Source of the DNA: Phoronis australis
Taxonomy: Eukaryota; Animalia; Phoronida
Direction: 5' to 3'
Assembly: GCA_002633005.1 (NCBI GenBank)
Contig: NMRA01000195.1
Location: 289,628-353,627, forward strand
DNA length: 64,000 nucleotides
Shown here: positions 36,450-49,700 of the stretch, one piece after another
Numbering within the stretch: the first letter of the stretch is position 1
Layout: every line of letters begins with the position of its first letter
Translations under genes and position numbers: made by a program
The notes under the pieces: model-generated
Database searches by the model: none
Seen by the model: only the letters and a program-made list of their open reading frames with translations
Told to the model about the DNA's origin: nothing

Positions 36450-38560
36450 CGTAACTACAACTACAACCCATACAGTATAACACAATACTGCATAAAAATC
36501 CTAGTTAAGCAACAGTTGCAAATGTAAGGTAAAGATCTGCAATAGTCGCAGTAAGTGCATTCGCAAGAATATGCGCCAAAATAGATCAAAGATTGTTTCT
36601 TGTTGTCACTAACAGTAGTGCCTGTCTGCATGCTACTTGGAAATTCGTTCCATGATTTAATTCCGTGATACATCAATGAGTTATGACCACGCAATTTTTT
36701 GTTATGCTTAGGAATTTCAAAAATTAAGGTGTTCCTCAAACCATATTTATGAGCCTTGTACTTGAAAATGGCAAGGCGGCATGGCCCAATGTTGTTTACA
36801 GTTCTAAAAACTTCAGGACACGATCTTTGTTTCCGAGAGGCCATGGGAGAGACACTCTTTGCTTTTCCTAATAATCATAATTAAGATGTCTTGTAGTCAT
36901 TGAATGCGAAGCGTAACGCTCTGGAGAATATCCTCTCAAGTTTCTTAGCATTTTAGATGCCACAGTAATAACATGAAGACGAGCAGTAAGTATAATGAGA
37001 TTTGATGAAGGCATTAACAATTTTCAGCTTAGGAGGCGAGTCCAGAAAAAGACGTAAACGATATAGGACACAAAAATTTTGGATGCCTTTTTACTTAAGT
37101 AGGCCTAATAGACATGCTCGGAGAAGGTTAACGACTCATGGAGGTAGATGATTGACCTTGCTTTCGCACTGAATTTAACAGTCGCCAACAGTTAGAGTTC
37201 TTTCTTCCCCAATGAGCCCTTTCCTTGAGAAAATAATTCCTTGAAATTTTCTAGGATTTGCTGACATATGATTTTCATCAAATCACTTTAACGTTTCATT
37301 GTCAAGTTTTCACATACTTCACTTATTTCTGAGTGAGTGAAGGTTGTCACCCACGTAGTTGTACAATTTGCAGTCATTTGAGAACGAAAAGAAGATGATC
37401 ATTTATAAATTTATTAAACAATAGGAGCCCCTGGAATAGATCCTTGCAGGACATCTTTGTGGAAGTTCAACCAAGAACTCTTGGAGGGACAGACCTTAAC
37501 ACGTTTTTTGCGATTACGAAAATAAGATAACAAAAGGTTGCAAGCACTGGGGTAAACGCCATGTGCAATTAGCTCCGAGATAAGTATTTTGTCTAGTAAG
37601 CAATCAAAGGCTTTCGATAAGTCGATAAGCAGGGTTCCTACAGACTCATTCCTAACCAAACCAGGTTTGACATCTTCAACAAGTCTAATGAAACCATCTT
37701 GGCACCTGGCCTAAACGCACAACATATTTGTAAAAATTATGTTCAAATACGTATACAATTGCTACACGCTTTGGACAAAGCGGTGCAAAGTATCGTGTGC
37801 ACTCCACATTTATTAATGTCGGATTTCGAAAGGGACAAGTACATGTAGGCCTATGCAGAGATCATGTATTTACCTGCTAAACATGTACTGAAGAAGGATG
37901 CCATACTCCCGATAACGAAGCTGGTGTGACCGTGCCGTTGGAGCCACTGAGTAACCAGCACAGTTTCACTACGTTCGTTATTCGTGCTTGTGTGGTCGCC
38001 TACTCCAAATGTTTCTGGTACAATACAGATCAAACAATGGATAAATCCCAATCATCTTAAGTTCTAGTTCAAACGGGGATTGTCCGAGAATACTAATAGA
38101 AGGCAAATACAAGAATTTACCGATTTTTTGGCATATAGTATGCAAACAGATGCACAAAATGAATCGTATCACAAACAAAGCTAGCATCCATTAAATGAAC
38201 TTTTGATGAGAAGTGATATCGGGGTTTGCGTAGAGGTGACAGTTCGTTATTCCTCGAGGCCGTGTTTGGCGCATAAAATGATAGGCAGTGGCAAGGCAAC
38301 TCGAGAAGACTGATCTCCACCGTCACATCTCCCAAAGCCCTAAGATCATCTCTAAGTTGACTCAGAGCACTGTGAGACCGATTTCATTACCGTATGAGGT
38401 AGACGTCAAAAGTTGTTTTTTGTGATAAATAATGAGAACCAGAGTGCACCTTTCGGAGATATCATTTTAAATCTTTTGCACAACACAGGTATTAAAAACT
38501 ACATTTTCTACAGTTGTTATCAAAGCTAATGTGTTTTCTCCACCCAGTTAAATCCGGTAT
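36450..38560 (-). mobile_element. Degenerate CR1/L2-type LINE (reverse transcriptase relic)
   Basis: VGTLLIDLSKAFDCL...LLSYFRNRKKRVKV...VLQGSIPG (37414-37659), decayed YADD (YNYVGD ~37350), 3' HNSLMYHGIKSWNEFP; many stops and frameshifts; upstream boundary approximate. Confidence 0.85.
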
Positions 38561-39299
38561 TAGTGAAGCGTCCACATAAACTTCGGGGTTGACTTGAGCA
38601 TTCTCATTCGGCTAGGTATAAAATAAACATGTTTAGCGCCCAGGGCTCATCCAGACAGAAATTGGTACGGGGCACTCCATTTTAAAACGAAACCGGAAGT
38701 GATGTCACAGATTTCGAATCTCACTGAGAGAGTCAGCGATAACTACTAGTCGGTAACTTACCAACGCTACTCAGGGTTGGAAGTCCGCACCACAGGCGCT
38801 TGAGTTTATCTGTTCCTCGATCACCACTGACGTCACTTACTGCTACGAAAACATAAAGGTTTGACACTAAAATCGATTTGATCAGAATTTTCTACTCAAA
38901 TGTGCATGGAACTCATTCGAGCAAATCTTTGAATACCTTCTTTCATATTATCACTTCAAGTTGCCTTCGAGTGGTGATTTGACGACAGAAAATGTCAAAA
39001 ACGCCAGAATCACAAATTCAAAGACCTTATTTTGTGACGTAAGACGTTCATGGCAGACGACCTTCGAGCAGACGCTCCCTGACGCAAATCCGGAGGTGTG
39101 TTTTCGCGCGCCCACGAATGTTATGTGAGTGCCCTCCACAGAGTTTAGTATGAGTTTGAATGTATTTTAACTGTGATTATGCAAAACAACATTGTTCATA
39201 ACGGAATTACCACGGGTTGCTGGCTTCTAACGCTGGCTTACTGCAATTACCGCGACTAAACGTGCGGTCAGACATCGGGAATCTCCGCCAAAAACCGAG

Positions 39300-40300
39300 T
39301 GTTCGTTGATACGGGGGTTCTTGCAATTAAATTCTAGGTTAAGGAATAAAATGAGCTATAAGAAGGAACAGATTAAGCATAACTGGAAGGTTGTTTTTAG
39401 TAACCTCAATAATTGAAATTTGGGATAAATTTCTTGACTTTGACATAGGGGTTTCTTGCTCAATCTCGAAATTTTATCTTCGACAGGCGTACAAGTTAAA
39501 GCACAACTGAAATCAGCAAGGTTAAATATTTAAGGTCCTTGAATTCAGAGTTTTGAGTTTGTTTTGAAAATCTTCTGTCGCCAATTCACCACCAGTCACA
39601 AGTACAATTTTAATGTTTTCACTACCCATAATTAGATCCGGTCGCTAAGGTTCTCATTGTTGCAGTTGTTGAGCCCGTATGCAACATTTGAGAGAATTTT
39701 ACGGGAGGTTGCCCTCTTTAGATCCGCCAATTGGCTGCTGAAAACGTCGTATACGACTGCCGTACGACTAATCGGAATAGCAGGAAGCGATCTCCTCCTG
39801 GTATTAGTATGGAAGCTTTTTCTTCACTTCTACAAACTCCTTCACCGACTCATATGAAAGCGTTGCTGACCATAACCAACGTACCATTTCGCCATATAAT
39901 GGAAAATTGTTTCTTCAAACAGATGGTGTGACCTGGAGCTCTCCTCTGGGTCCCACTTATTCGGAATTTTATATGTCTGAAGCGGAAAAAAGGGCTAGGT
40001 ATGTGATTGGTGGTATTCCTATCTATGCACCATATCATGTAGATGATATATTAGTTTATTGTACTTTTGATGACATGTTGCAGTGATAAACTTAAGCGTC
40101 ACCGCTCTCACGGTATTGAAGTTTACCCACGAGCTTCCTGTAAATGGCAATATCCGTTTTTGGACGTGCTTGCATGTGAATCATTCTCCAAGTTGAATTG
40201 TCTACATCAGTTTATCACAAGCTTACTGCCAAAGGTTCTGTCTTCATGCCAAAACTGAGTGCCCTGAGCGGTATAAGGTCACCGTTGTGGTCACATGACA
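39300..40300 (+). mobile_element. Degenerate Penelope-like retroelement reverse transcriptase
   Basis: From ~39898: NGKLFLQTDGVTWSSPLGPTYSEFYMSEAE...YHVDDIL, later YPFLDVL; matches PLE consensus QxDGVAMGSPLxP..RYVDD..LPFLDV; boundaries approximate. Confidence 0.8.
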
Positions 40301-43300
40301 GTGTTTTCCCGTTCAGTGACTTTACCAGACGTAGGGGGTTCTGAGCGTGTGATAACTCTAGCTTCTTTGTTAACTGCCAAGCACACTCATTTGTCTGTTA
40401 CGACAACAAGCAGGCCAATAATCTACCAGGCTTATAACAGACCACATGCAGTCAAACTCAGAGGGAATTGGTGTATCTCGCTGGTTCCCTGTGTGCTTAG
40501 CCCAGCCCGCAGCACGCAGGTATCACGCAGTGACGCGCTTTAAATACATGTAGCATTGGTCGATGTAACCTCGGCAGTCATTGGTTAGCTTTACAACACC
40601 GTGAAAAAATGGCGGACTTTGGACGATTTTTAGCCTTGTCACGCAAGTGGCGTCGCAGCAACTATTTCGTTTATGCGTCGCAGCAACTATTTCGTTTCTG
40701 CAGTGAGTTATAGCCGCGTTCTTGAAGCACATACTGTATGAATACAGGACACTAGCGTAAACAAAAGTCATCGACAGTAGAAAGCTGCATTCCGAAAAGG
40801 CGCAATCACCGTAGGCTTCACATTTCCTGAACATAAATTTTAAGCCCCGATTTGTCTATACAACAGACCACATTTACACTTCAGTCCATCAGTCATGCCA
40901 GTTTGTTTGCGTAAAGCGCTACCTGTTGAGAATTCGACTAGCCAATCAGAAACGCTGGTGTTAAAATTTCCCGAGAAAATTTATGTGATACAAGCGGCTT
41001 GCTTTGATGAATTGTCAGAGATTGTTTCCAGGGGCGGTACCAGAGTTGGGGACCAGGGCACACTATGAGGAATAATCAGAATTTCGCCACATACGCGTGC
41101 CCAGCCTAAAATGTAGGGGATGCAGGGGTCTCGAATTTTTGGGTTTGTGGGCCTTATTACTAAACAAGAGCAACGCAGTGCGTTGAAATGCGCCCACAAT
41201 TGCACCGTATACGGTATCCTTCTAGGGTTGTTTATTGGTACCATAAAGTGGCCAGTAGATGGCATATATGTAGTACATGTATGTTGTACTTTGCAAAATG
41301 GAAAGGCATGGTCATTGTCTCCTCAAAAGGCTAGGGGCAAAATGTGAGTGATCTTCATAATACAAGCACATCCTATACATCAGTTGCTTAAAGCACCACA
41401 GAAACATAGAATTAAAAACAAATTTACCAACATACGAGATTAGCACAGCATTAGAATGCCAAAATGAGAAACAAATTTCTACTTGGAACTTTTCTTTCAG
41501 TCCCGAAGTAACACAAAGTTGTTAACATCATATAAATATATTCACACAATTTCGTAAAGATCCTGCGAACGGTTTAGGAGATACAGCCATAGGCGAAAAG
41601 ACAAAACAAAACTGCCACTAGGAGGCGCCACAGTAGTCGAAATCGTCGGAAAATCATCGTCAACCGTCCTCTACATAGTAAGCATATACATGCCAATTTT
41701 CACAATCATCCTTTGAGCGGTTTGGTTGATAGAGGGGTGGACGCACAAAAACAGACTCGAAAACACTAAAAATGGCCACTAGGTGGCGCAAACTATGTCG
41801 AATCCATCTGAAAACGGGAGGATAGCGTCATCTCACTAATAGGTGCCNNNNNNNNNNNNNNNNNNNNNNNNNNNNNNNNNNNNNNNNNNNNNNNNNNNNN
41901 NNNNNNNNNNNNNNNNNNNNNNNNNNNNNNNNNNNNNNNNNNNNNNNNNNNNNNNNNNNNNNNNNNNNNNNNNNNNNNNNNNNNNNNNNNNNNNNNNNNN
42001 NNNNNNNNNNNNNNNNNNNNNNNNNNNNNNNNNNNNNNNNNNNNNNNNNNNNNNNNNNNNNNNNNNNNNNNNNNNNNNNNNNNNNNNNNNNNNNNNNNNN
42101 NNNNNNNNNNAATCCGGCACTGGTTTCAGAACGGTGAGTTTAACATTCTACTTACTACAAGAATGACAGATAGTCCTAAACGGACCAGTTCTTAAGAAGA
42201 AAACGATTCTTTGTCCCCTACGGTGGCAAGGGTATTCGCTCGTGCCAGGGCAGTTAGTCTACCGAATCTTCAAGGTTCCCATGTCATGTCAGGGACAATT
42301 TTAGGAGCATAAAAAATCATTGGCGGGCAATATTTGTGGACAAAAATTGGTGACTTACGAGATGACTGGCTTGTGACTCGTAAAAAGCTAAGTTGGGGTC
42401 ATTTTTACCTGAAAAATACGGTAAAAAATAGCGAAGTAGATGTAATAGCTTTCGGTTCTCCGGTAGCCGTTGATCATTACAACTAACTCCCGTTTAGTCC
42501 GTATTCCTTACGTTACGGTTTTCAGAGGTCTGATATTAATCTTTCCTTTGTTAGTCGCCAGGCTCAGTATTTTGTCCAATGTCAAGACGCACAGCCAATT
42601 CCCTACCACGCTGATGTAAACACGTATGGACTCAAAACCAAAATAAAACCCATCGCAGCGTTTTGGCTAACTTTTATCGTATTTCTTTTGGGGAAGGATT
42701 CTGCTGCTGCACTAACTCTTCATGGAGAATTCAATTTCAGAAGCTAAAAATGTTAACAAATTACCAGTTTCTGTCCTTAACATTTCAATTATTACAATTC
42801 AACCAGTATTTTATTGCTACTAAAGCATCCCTAATGTGATAATTGCCCTAGACAAAACAATATGAATTTAGATAAAAAATCGTGATATCAGGAATCAACA
42901 GCCACACCAGTTGATGTAGAGAAGTAGTGTCCAACTACACGATACCAGTGTTCTAATGGAATGGATTCAGTACAGTAACTCCCAGTGTGGCAGATAATTG
43001 GCTTGGGAATGGTGACGCGTTTGACAACGGTCTAGATATCAATCTACTTCAGATTACATTAATACATGTATCTGGACTAGAAAGTCGGGAGTTGAAACCA
43101 AAGGAGATGTTTACCCAATACATTGTTGGAATTATATGATATGCACTCTTGGTAGAACAGGCAGTTGGTATGCTACGCATAGTTGGCATTATATGCACTT
43201 TTGGTGACATTCTCTACACATAACACCAGACCATAAACACAGAAGGTATACATAAATTATGCTTATGTTATCAAAAATTAGGAATTCTACCTCAGCATAT

Positions 43301-44274
43301 TTCTACCTCGGCATATTTCAACCTTTGTAAAATAACAATGTATTCTTACCAGAGGCTGCTTAAAAACAAAAAATGAAAGAATCACATTTTATTTAAAAAT
43401 GTCAATAAAATTAGGTCACAAAAACAGCAAACAGAAAGTAGAGTAAACACAGAAAAAATCTCATTTGGCTAGCTACTGCTTATAAGCAAACAACTTTACC
43501 CAAGTTTAATATCACAATACCTCGGCATGACTGACATGCCTCAGAAAAACCTAACAGTGACGTCCATTTACAGTTGCAAAGGCGACTGCCTTGATATGGT
43601 ACGGGGACACCTTACCACCGAGTGGTAAATTGCCCGTTACGCAACAGCAGAACACGTTACTCCAAAATATCGGAAAGACACCAATTTAGTGGTGTAACAT
43701 TTTTGAAATGATCACATGCAAGTTCCGCAACTTTAATTCGGGAAAAACACAAAAAGCCTAAAGCAGTCAATATAATCAGCAGTAATAAAAGTAACACTAA
43801 AAGACACAACTATACCTGAGTCCTCACAAAAACAACTAAATTGGCAGTATGGAGAAAGGACAGAGAACAAATACCCGAGCCAAAACAAATATTTTAGTCA
43901 TAAATTAATTTGTAACAAGCAAGAACAGTGCAGAGTTTAAAGTCTTATATTAAACACACACACACGCAATTTAATAATCTCCTTCAATAATTAATTTCAA
44001 TATACATGTAATCTTTTAAAGAAATTTGTGAATACACTTGTTTTATAAAGCACCTTTAAAGAAGCTGCTATTTCAATTTGTGATTGAGCTTGTGAAAAAC
44101 AGCCCTGAGAAAGTACATCTCTTAACTAACAGTACTCAACACTGCTGCCTCACGAGGGGCTCTTTTGGCAAAACCACAGCCCTAAGGACTGCAACAATTT
44201 TTTATAACTTAATTCATCAGAATATCTCTCATGGTTTAGCTAAGGTCATCAAGAAAACAGCAAAAAAGAATCTT

Positions 44275-44419
44275 CTAAAAGTTGTAAGTCCTTGTCTTTC
44301 TGTACATGTTGGAGTAGAGTCTATCTATGTTCCTGTCCAGTTGGGATCTGTGACTTTCTCTAGGGATAGATGAGTAGGGACTCCTATGCACACTACAATT
44401 GTCGTCTACATAGCCTAAC
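44275..44419 (-). CDS. SPATA6: SPATA6-like, last coding exon
   Basis: (R)LGYVDDNCSVHRSPYSSIPRESHRSQLDRNIDRLYSNMYRKTRTYNF*; resembles the SPATA6 C-terminal SHRxxFExxxDKMYRNLYK motif; acceptor ttttcaacag, phase 2. Confidence 0.75.
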
Positions 44420-45537
44420 CTGTTGAAAATTGAACCTGTAGTTGTAGTGGACTGAAGCACAGCATATTTCAGGGCAGTAAGGTTGGAAGAACTTCATCAG
44501 GACAAACAGCATGGGATGCACTAATAATGGTTGTGGACTTCTAAAGCAAAAATTCGAACTTCAATTAAGTTAAAAGGATACCAAACCCAGTGACGGCCTA
44601 TTAACAGATACTGGAAATGACTTTCCCATCCAGTTCCTTGAAACAAAACAATGCTGTGGAGACCCTTGAAAACTCTCAACAGTTTCGAGAAAGAGTGAAC
44701 TATGCTTTTACCGAATTACATGGCAACTGTGGAAAAAGACCACCCATTGAGGACCATTATGTCAAATCTGTGACACAGGGAGTATGAGTTTTACTTGATT
44801 CCTGCCTCTAACTTGGAAGATTGACACCACTGATGCATTAGCAGGTGACAGAAGGAGATTGGTGGAAATCACCAAAACAAGGTTTAGTATCCTTTTAACT
44901 ACAGCCTCAAAAATGAAGTAAAAGAATTGGTTGCACTATTCTACAACAGTGTACCTAATACTCCCATGCACGTTCACGTGAAATACGGCATCATTTAAAA
45001 AAAAAAAATTTCACAACTGTGTGTTTCAGAGGCAGGTATCATTTCTATTATTCACATGTCATAAATTTCATGCTTTTGTATTTTCTTACTAGTAGCTTTC
45101 CATTAATTAGTTAATGTTGCACTGAAACTATGTCAACATCTGCAGTTAGAATTTGGGACAAGCTCCAACCTTGGGCAAAATAATTAATTTTTCACTCTGT
45201 AAATGGAGTGTGCATGTTCTTTATTAAAATACGCTTGCGCACTTACACCCCGGCTGCAGGGCTAATGTTTATATAGTAGTTTCTTCTGTAAGTTATGCTT
45301 GTGAATACAATAAACGTATACAAGATTTTCACTGTCCCCAATTGGAGAATGTTTACTATGGTTAAACTTCCACAGTGATTTCTTTTCTAGAGTTAATCAT
45401 TTAAATGTAGGCTCATTTTTGATCAGTTCTATGAACTTAAAAAGTCCACCAAATTGGTGGTGACTTAGCAGAACAATGAACTCAAGGAAAGTAACAACAA
45501 AACAATAACCTGAAGATCGCTGGGCTAATAGAGGTAC

Positions 45538-45590
45538 CTCCAATCACGTGATCTCTCAAGGTCGTCAGCTAGCTGGTCCAACGTTTCATT
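45538..45590 (-). CDS. SPATA6: SPATA6-like internal exon
   Basis: acttctag|NETLDQLADDLERSRDW(R)|gtacct; phase 0-2 links the flanking exons. Confidence 0.65.
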
Positions 45591-46943
45591 CTAGAAGTAG
45601 ATACAAACAGTGACGCTACTCAGGAACGGCTTTCCGCTGGCGGCTGAACAGCAGTTGTTTACCAACAAATCACACGGAAAATCAATTTAGAACATTAATA
45701 AAAAGAACAATGTATACAGTTCGTGGGTATGGAGGTCATAGATCAAATAGGCAACCAGTATTTTGCCAAAATCAGTGACTAATCTATAACTTTCATGGAA
45801 AGTCCAGTAATAACATAAAACAATGACACAGCAAGTAGATTTACTTTCACTAGACTTGTGCTAACCAAGTTGGCTAAAACAAGTGATCGTTTAGCCATTT
45901 TGAAAAGCTCTTATCCAAAGACTTAATTACTGTAATATCCCACATTGATTCAAACTCTTTTACAGTGACTACACCTTTTACTTGTCTCAGTCTACCGATT
46001 CCCTTTACAAGACAAGGCTAAAAGGTGTAGCAGCAACTCTATCATGTAAACCAAGCTTATTTTCCCTTTGGCAACCAAAAGCTGGTTTGAGGACATAAGA
46101 CATTGACACACTACTGGCAGATATGAGATGTTGTAACTACAATTTTTGAAGGAAATGTGTTCGTGTTATGTCTAAAGACACCACAACATACTAGGCATTT
46201 TTGGCGGAGGGCAGACTCCTGGCTCCTTAATCTGCTTTTGCCTAGAAAGACCAATTTATTGACTTTTCAATAGCATTAAAAGACTCTGTCTGTTTTCAGT
46301 AAAACGTCAGTCTAGTTGTTTAGGTTCGTCTACTACAAGAACCACTCAGCCAAGATTTTTAATTTACAATTCAAAAGTTGATCTTCTAAATAAATATAAA
46401 CATTCCCTGAACCGTGGTACATTGATGCTTCAAGGCAAAAGTCTGTACACAGGTTTTCAGTCATTGTGGAAATTCACAAATGATTCATTAAATAACTTCC
46501 AAATCACTGTAGATACAAACAGTTTGATCGATACATTTTTAAAAAACTACCTGTTAATGATAAATGATCAATTGAACCATGCGCATTTGTCAGATTTGCC
46601 CCAAAATCCACGTAAGTTGTACTTGCCTCAACAGAAATGCATGTGAAAAAAATGAGCTCAAATTGGGAGCATAAAAAATTGCGTAATTTGCAACAAGCAG
46701 ATAATATTGATAACCTTTCTGGAGATTTGTATAGTGGGAAAATCAACCTTTTTGAGTTTTGAGCTCCAAAAGCTATAATCCCTTTTGATGGTCACTTAGT
46801 AGGAGAAGACATCCTTTCATGGGAAATTTACCTAGAAAAGGCACTAGGGACATTGGTCATGAAGACTTAAAATATTTCTTAGAAAGACAAATAGACTCAG
46901 AAACTGGTTAGATTAATAGAAAAACACACTTCAAATCACTCAC

Positions 46944-47095
46944 GTAGAGAACAGGTGATTGGCTACGCCTGATAGCATCATCAACACGTCTGCTGATTTC
47001 CCGAGTACGTGCAGAGGAGTAGAGATAAGACGGTGAGTACCTTGGACTGAGTGACCGATAGTAGCGGTACCGTGGCGACAAAGGGTCGTACAGAT
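46944..47095 (-). CDS. SPATA6: SPATA6-like internal exon (Ser/Pro/Arg/Tyr-rich)
   Basis: (D)LYDPLSPRYRYYRSLSPRYSPSYLYSSARTREISRRVDDAIRRSQSPVLY|gtgagt; phase 1-0. Confidence 0.8.
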
Positions 47096-48052
47096 CTGGC
47101 ATTGGAAAAATAGCATAAAAATTAGGCAAATGTCCGCCACTGGTTTACCATTAAGATTTTTTTTAATTAAAGACATTTTGTAGTTAATTTATCTCGAGTA
47201 CAAAGAACTGAATTCATTATGCTAGAAGTTGAGATCAGAGCAAGATGCACAGTGTTCTCTTGTTACAACAGTACGTTCAATAGGAATTACAAAATTCATA
47301 AACATCATTCATATTGTGATGGCTTGTACTATGTATCAACATGGTATCAATACATTGAGTGGGTGGTGAACATCCAAAATGTCATGTTTAGCAGAAGAAA
47401 TATTTAATACATCCCAAGAGTTCAAGCACGTTGCATTCATTTAAAACTTGACCCAGGGGAACCTAACTTGTCATGAAAAAATCTAACTTTTTTTCCACAA
47501 TGAATCAAATCCAGTCCCGGAAAATACTGAATGACTGCAGAGTGCTATTTTATGGCAATGAAGAGTACGGTATCCCTTTTGAAGGCGTTTTTCATCAATT
47601 TGACACATTTTGCTTACACTGAAATTAATTTTGAATCTTTTCAGTTGCTTTTATAAAAAATAATTAAATTGTTTTATACGAATTCTTCAAAAACCAGAAG
47701 TGACACTGTGAACAAGTGGCATAATGAAAAGACTGGCTGAATCTCTGCTGTATTTGTTTTGTTACCCGTTTCTGGCATCATTGCTCAAGTTAAAGACATA
47801 TTTCTGAGTAACGGGCTGGAACAGAAAATCTGAGAGTGTCCGCCTTCATGCAAGGCTCTCACAACTGAACAGTGATGCTTTTGGAATTTGCTCACTGTGG
47901 CAACACTTCCTATTTGAGAAGCTGCAGCTCTTTTTATTACTTTCACCATGAAACTAACTTTAAAAGTTCATAACAAAGTAAACCATGCCAAATTGCTCCA
48001 TAAAAAGCTTCAAAAAGGTAAGTAAACATTCTCATCTAACTACCGTCCATAC

Positions 48053-48104
48053 CGTAGGATGTGTCCAAAGCAGTGCTTGACAGGTACTCAGGGTCCCGAA
48101 CCAC
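48053..48104 (-). CDS. SPATA6: SPATA6-like internal exon
   Basis: ctttgtcttcaccag|VVRDPEYLSSTALDTSY(G)|gtatgg; phase 0-1. Confidence 0.7.
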
Positions 48105-48322
48105 CTGGTGAAGACAAAGCCAGAGTCAGCATGGAATCTGAATGCCACTGACACAAAATAAAAGCTAGAAAAGTGGTAAAAATCACTTAAAGGAGGAATA
48201 TCAAACTACTTTGCTAATTTAATAACAATTTTGTCGTTGGCTAACAAATGAAATAATCACAGCTGCACCAAGTCATGAAAATATCCGAGTGTACAACCAT
48301 GCTGGGTGAGTCCATTCATTAC

Positions 48323-48585
48323 CTTGATGGGGTTGTCAGGGTGTTCCTGGTTATACTTCCACACATCATACAAATAATCATTGTACGCTTTAGTGTAGAG
48401 TGGGTTGTACCCACTGTATGTCTTCAGGTAGCCGTAGCGATCGTAGATGTTGTCATAGTAGTAGCGATCGTAGTAACGGTTGCTGTAGTACCGGTCGTAA
48501 GGATAACCATAATAGTAGGGGTAGCCATAATCGTAGTTGTAACGATACGGATAGTAGTCGTAATAATGATCGTACCAGCTCGGCT
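48323..48585 (-). CDS. SPATA6: SPATA6-like alternative exon B, tyrosine-rich
   Basis: tttctttacag|(E)PSWYDHYYDYYPYRYNYDYGYPYYYGYPYDRYY...EHPDNPIK|gtaatg; phase 1-0. Confidence 0.75.
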
Positions 48586-49009
48586 CTGTAAAGAAATTTG
48601 CCATCAACAGAAACTCTAGCCTCTGCTGGTCGCACCATACGACATGGCAATCTACAGAGCCACAGTTTCAGAACATGACTTTGAGTACAATGGGGATAAA
48701 ACAAAGCCATGCTCCAATAGTGTGGCTGTTATAAACAAAAATTGCCAAAGTCATGTTCTACAGACACTCAAATATTACTTGTTGTACAACAGCCACACAA
48801 AGTGCCCAGCTGCAAGGATCAAACACATTGTGGCATGGTTTCAATGTCACTCAAAAACTATTGTTGAGTTCTTAAATGCCAAAAGGCAAAACTCATGAAA
48901 AACACAGCACCCGTCTCCAGTGACAGTTGTCCCCAATAGCTTGAAATGTACAGCAGTGCACCCTGTGTAGCTGTCCATGAACTATTGCCAGGTATCCAGA
49001 CCCAGTTAC

Positions 49010-49155
49010 CTTGACAGTCTTGTGACGATGCTTGCTGCCCGGGGGGTGGTAATGATAGGTATGGCCCCAGTATTTCTGCCCTGTGTACTTCCTGTATAGT
49101 CTACACACAGTACAACTCTGCTCTGTGTGTGGGTTGAGACAGTGAGGACAATACT
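49010..49155 (-). CDS. SPATA6: SPATA6-like alternative exon A, Cys/His-rich
   Basis: cctctgcctctag|(E)YCPHCLNPHTEQSCTVCRLYRKYTGQKYWGHTYHYHPPGSKHRHKTVK|gtaact; phase 1-0. Confidence 0.75.
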
Positions 49156-49548
49156 CTAGAGGCAGAGGAAAGGAGAAACAAACACAGGGTTAATACATAC
49201 TAGTGCACACTAGCCAGAGTTAATGAGCAGAAACGTGCTTCAACTTCACCAAGCTTACACTAAAGTCTAATACCTAACCAATTAGCCATGAGGGTTAAGT
49301 TAGTGTAACACATATTGTTTGACAAAGAACACACATTGACTACAAGAAATGTGGATTGCTGGTATATACAACTGGGTCAAAGCTATGAATCATAGTTGAC
49401 TTGACATCTAATTTTTACGAATGATGGGAAGACAATGAATGTAAAAAAATATTTACTGAAACTAGGTGAAAACCTCAACCAATAAAGATACACACTCCAG
49501 AGGGAGTTACACACAGAACACTTCTGAGCTCAAGTATGCATGGCCAAA

Positions 49549-49700
49549 CGTGCGTTCAGTAACGCTAGGACCTCGCTAAAAAGCAAGACTTCGAGATATT
49601 ATGTGAGATATTGTCGTGTATTTTAAATAAGAACACGTGACTTTGACTAGGTTTTAGCTAGGTCCTAGCGTAGGTCCTAGCGTCTACTGAACGCACGCCA
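49549..49700. mobile_element. ~150-bp MITE, copy 2
   Basis: cgtgcgttcagtaacgctaggacc...ggtcctagcgtctactgaacgcacg; paralog of 28652-28801. Confidence 0.85.
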
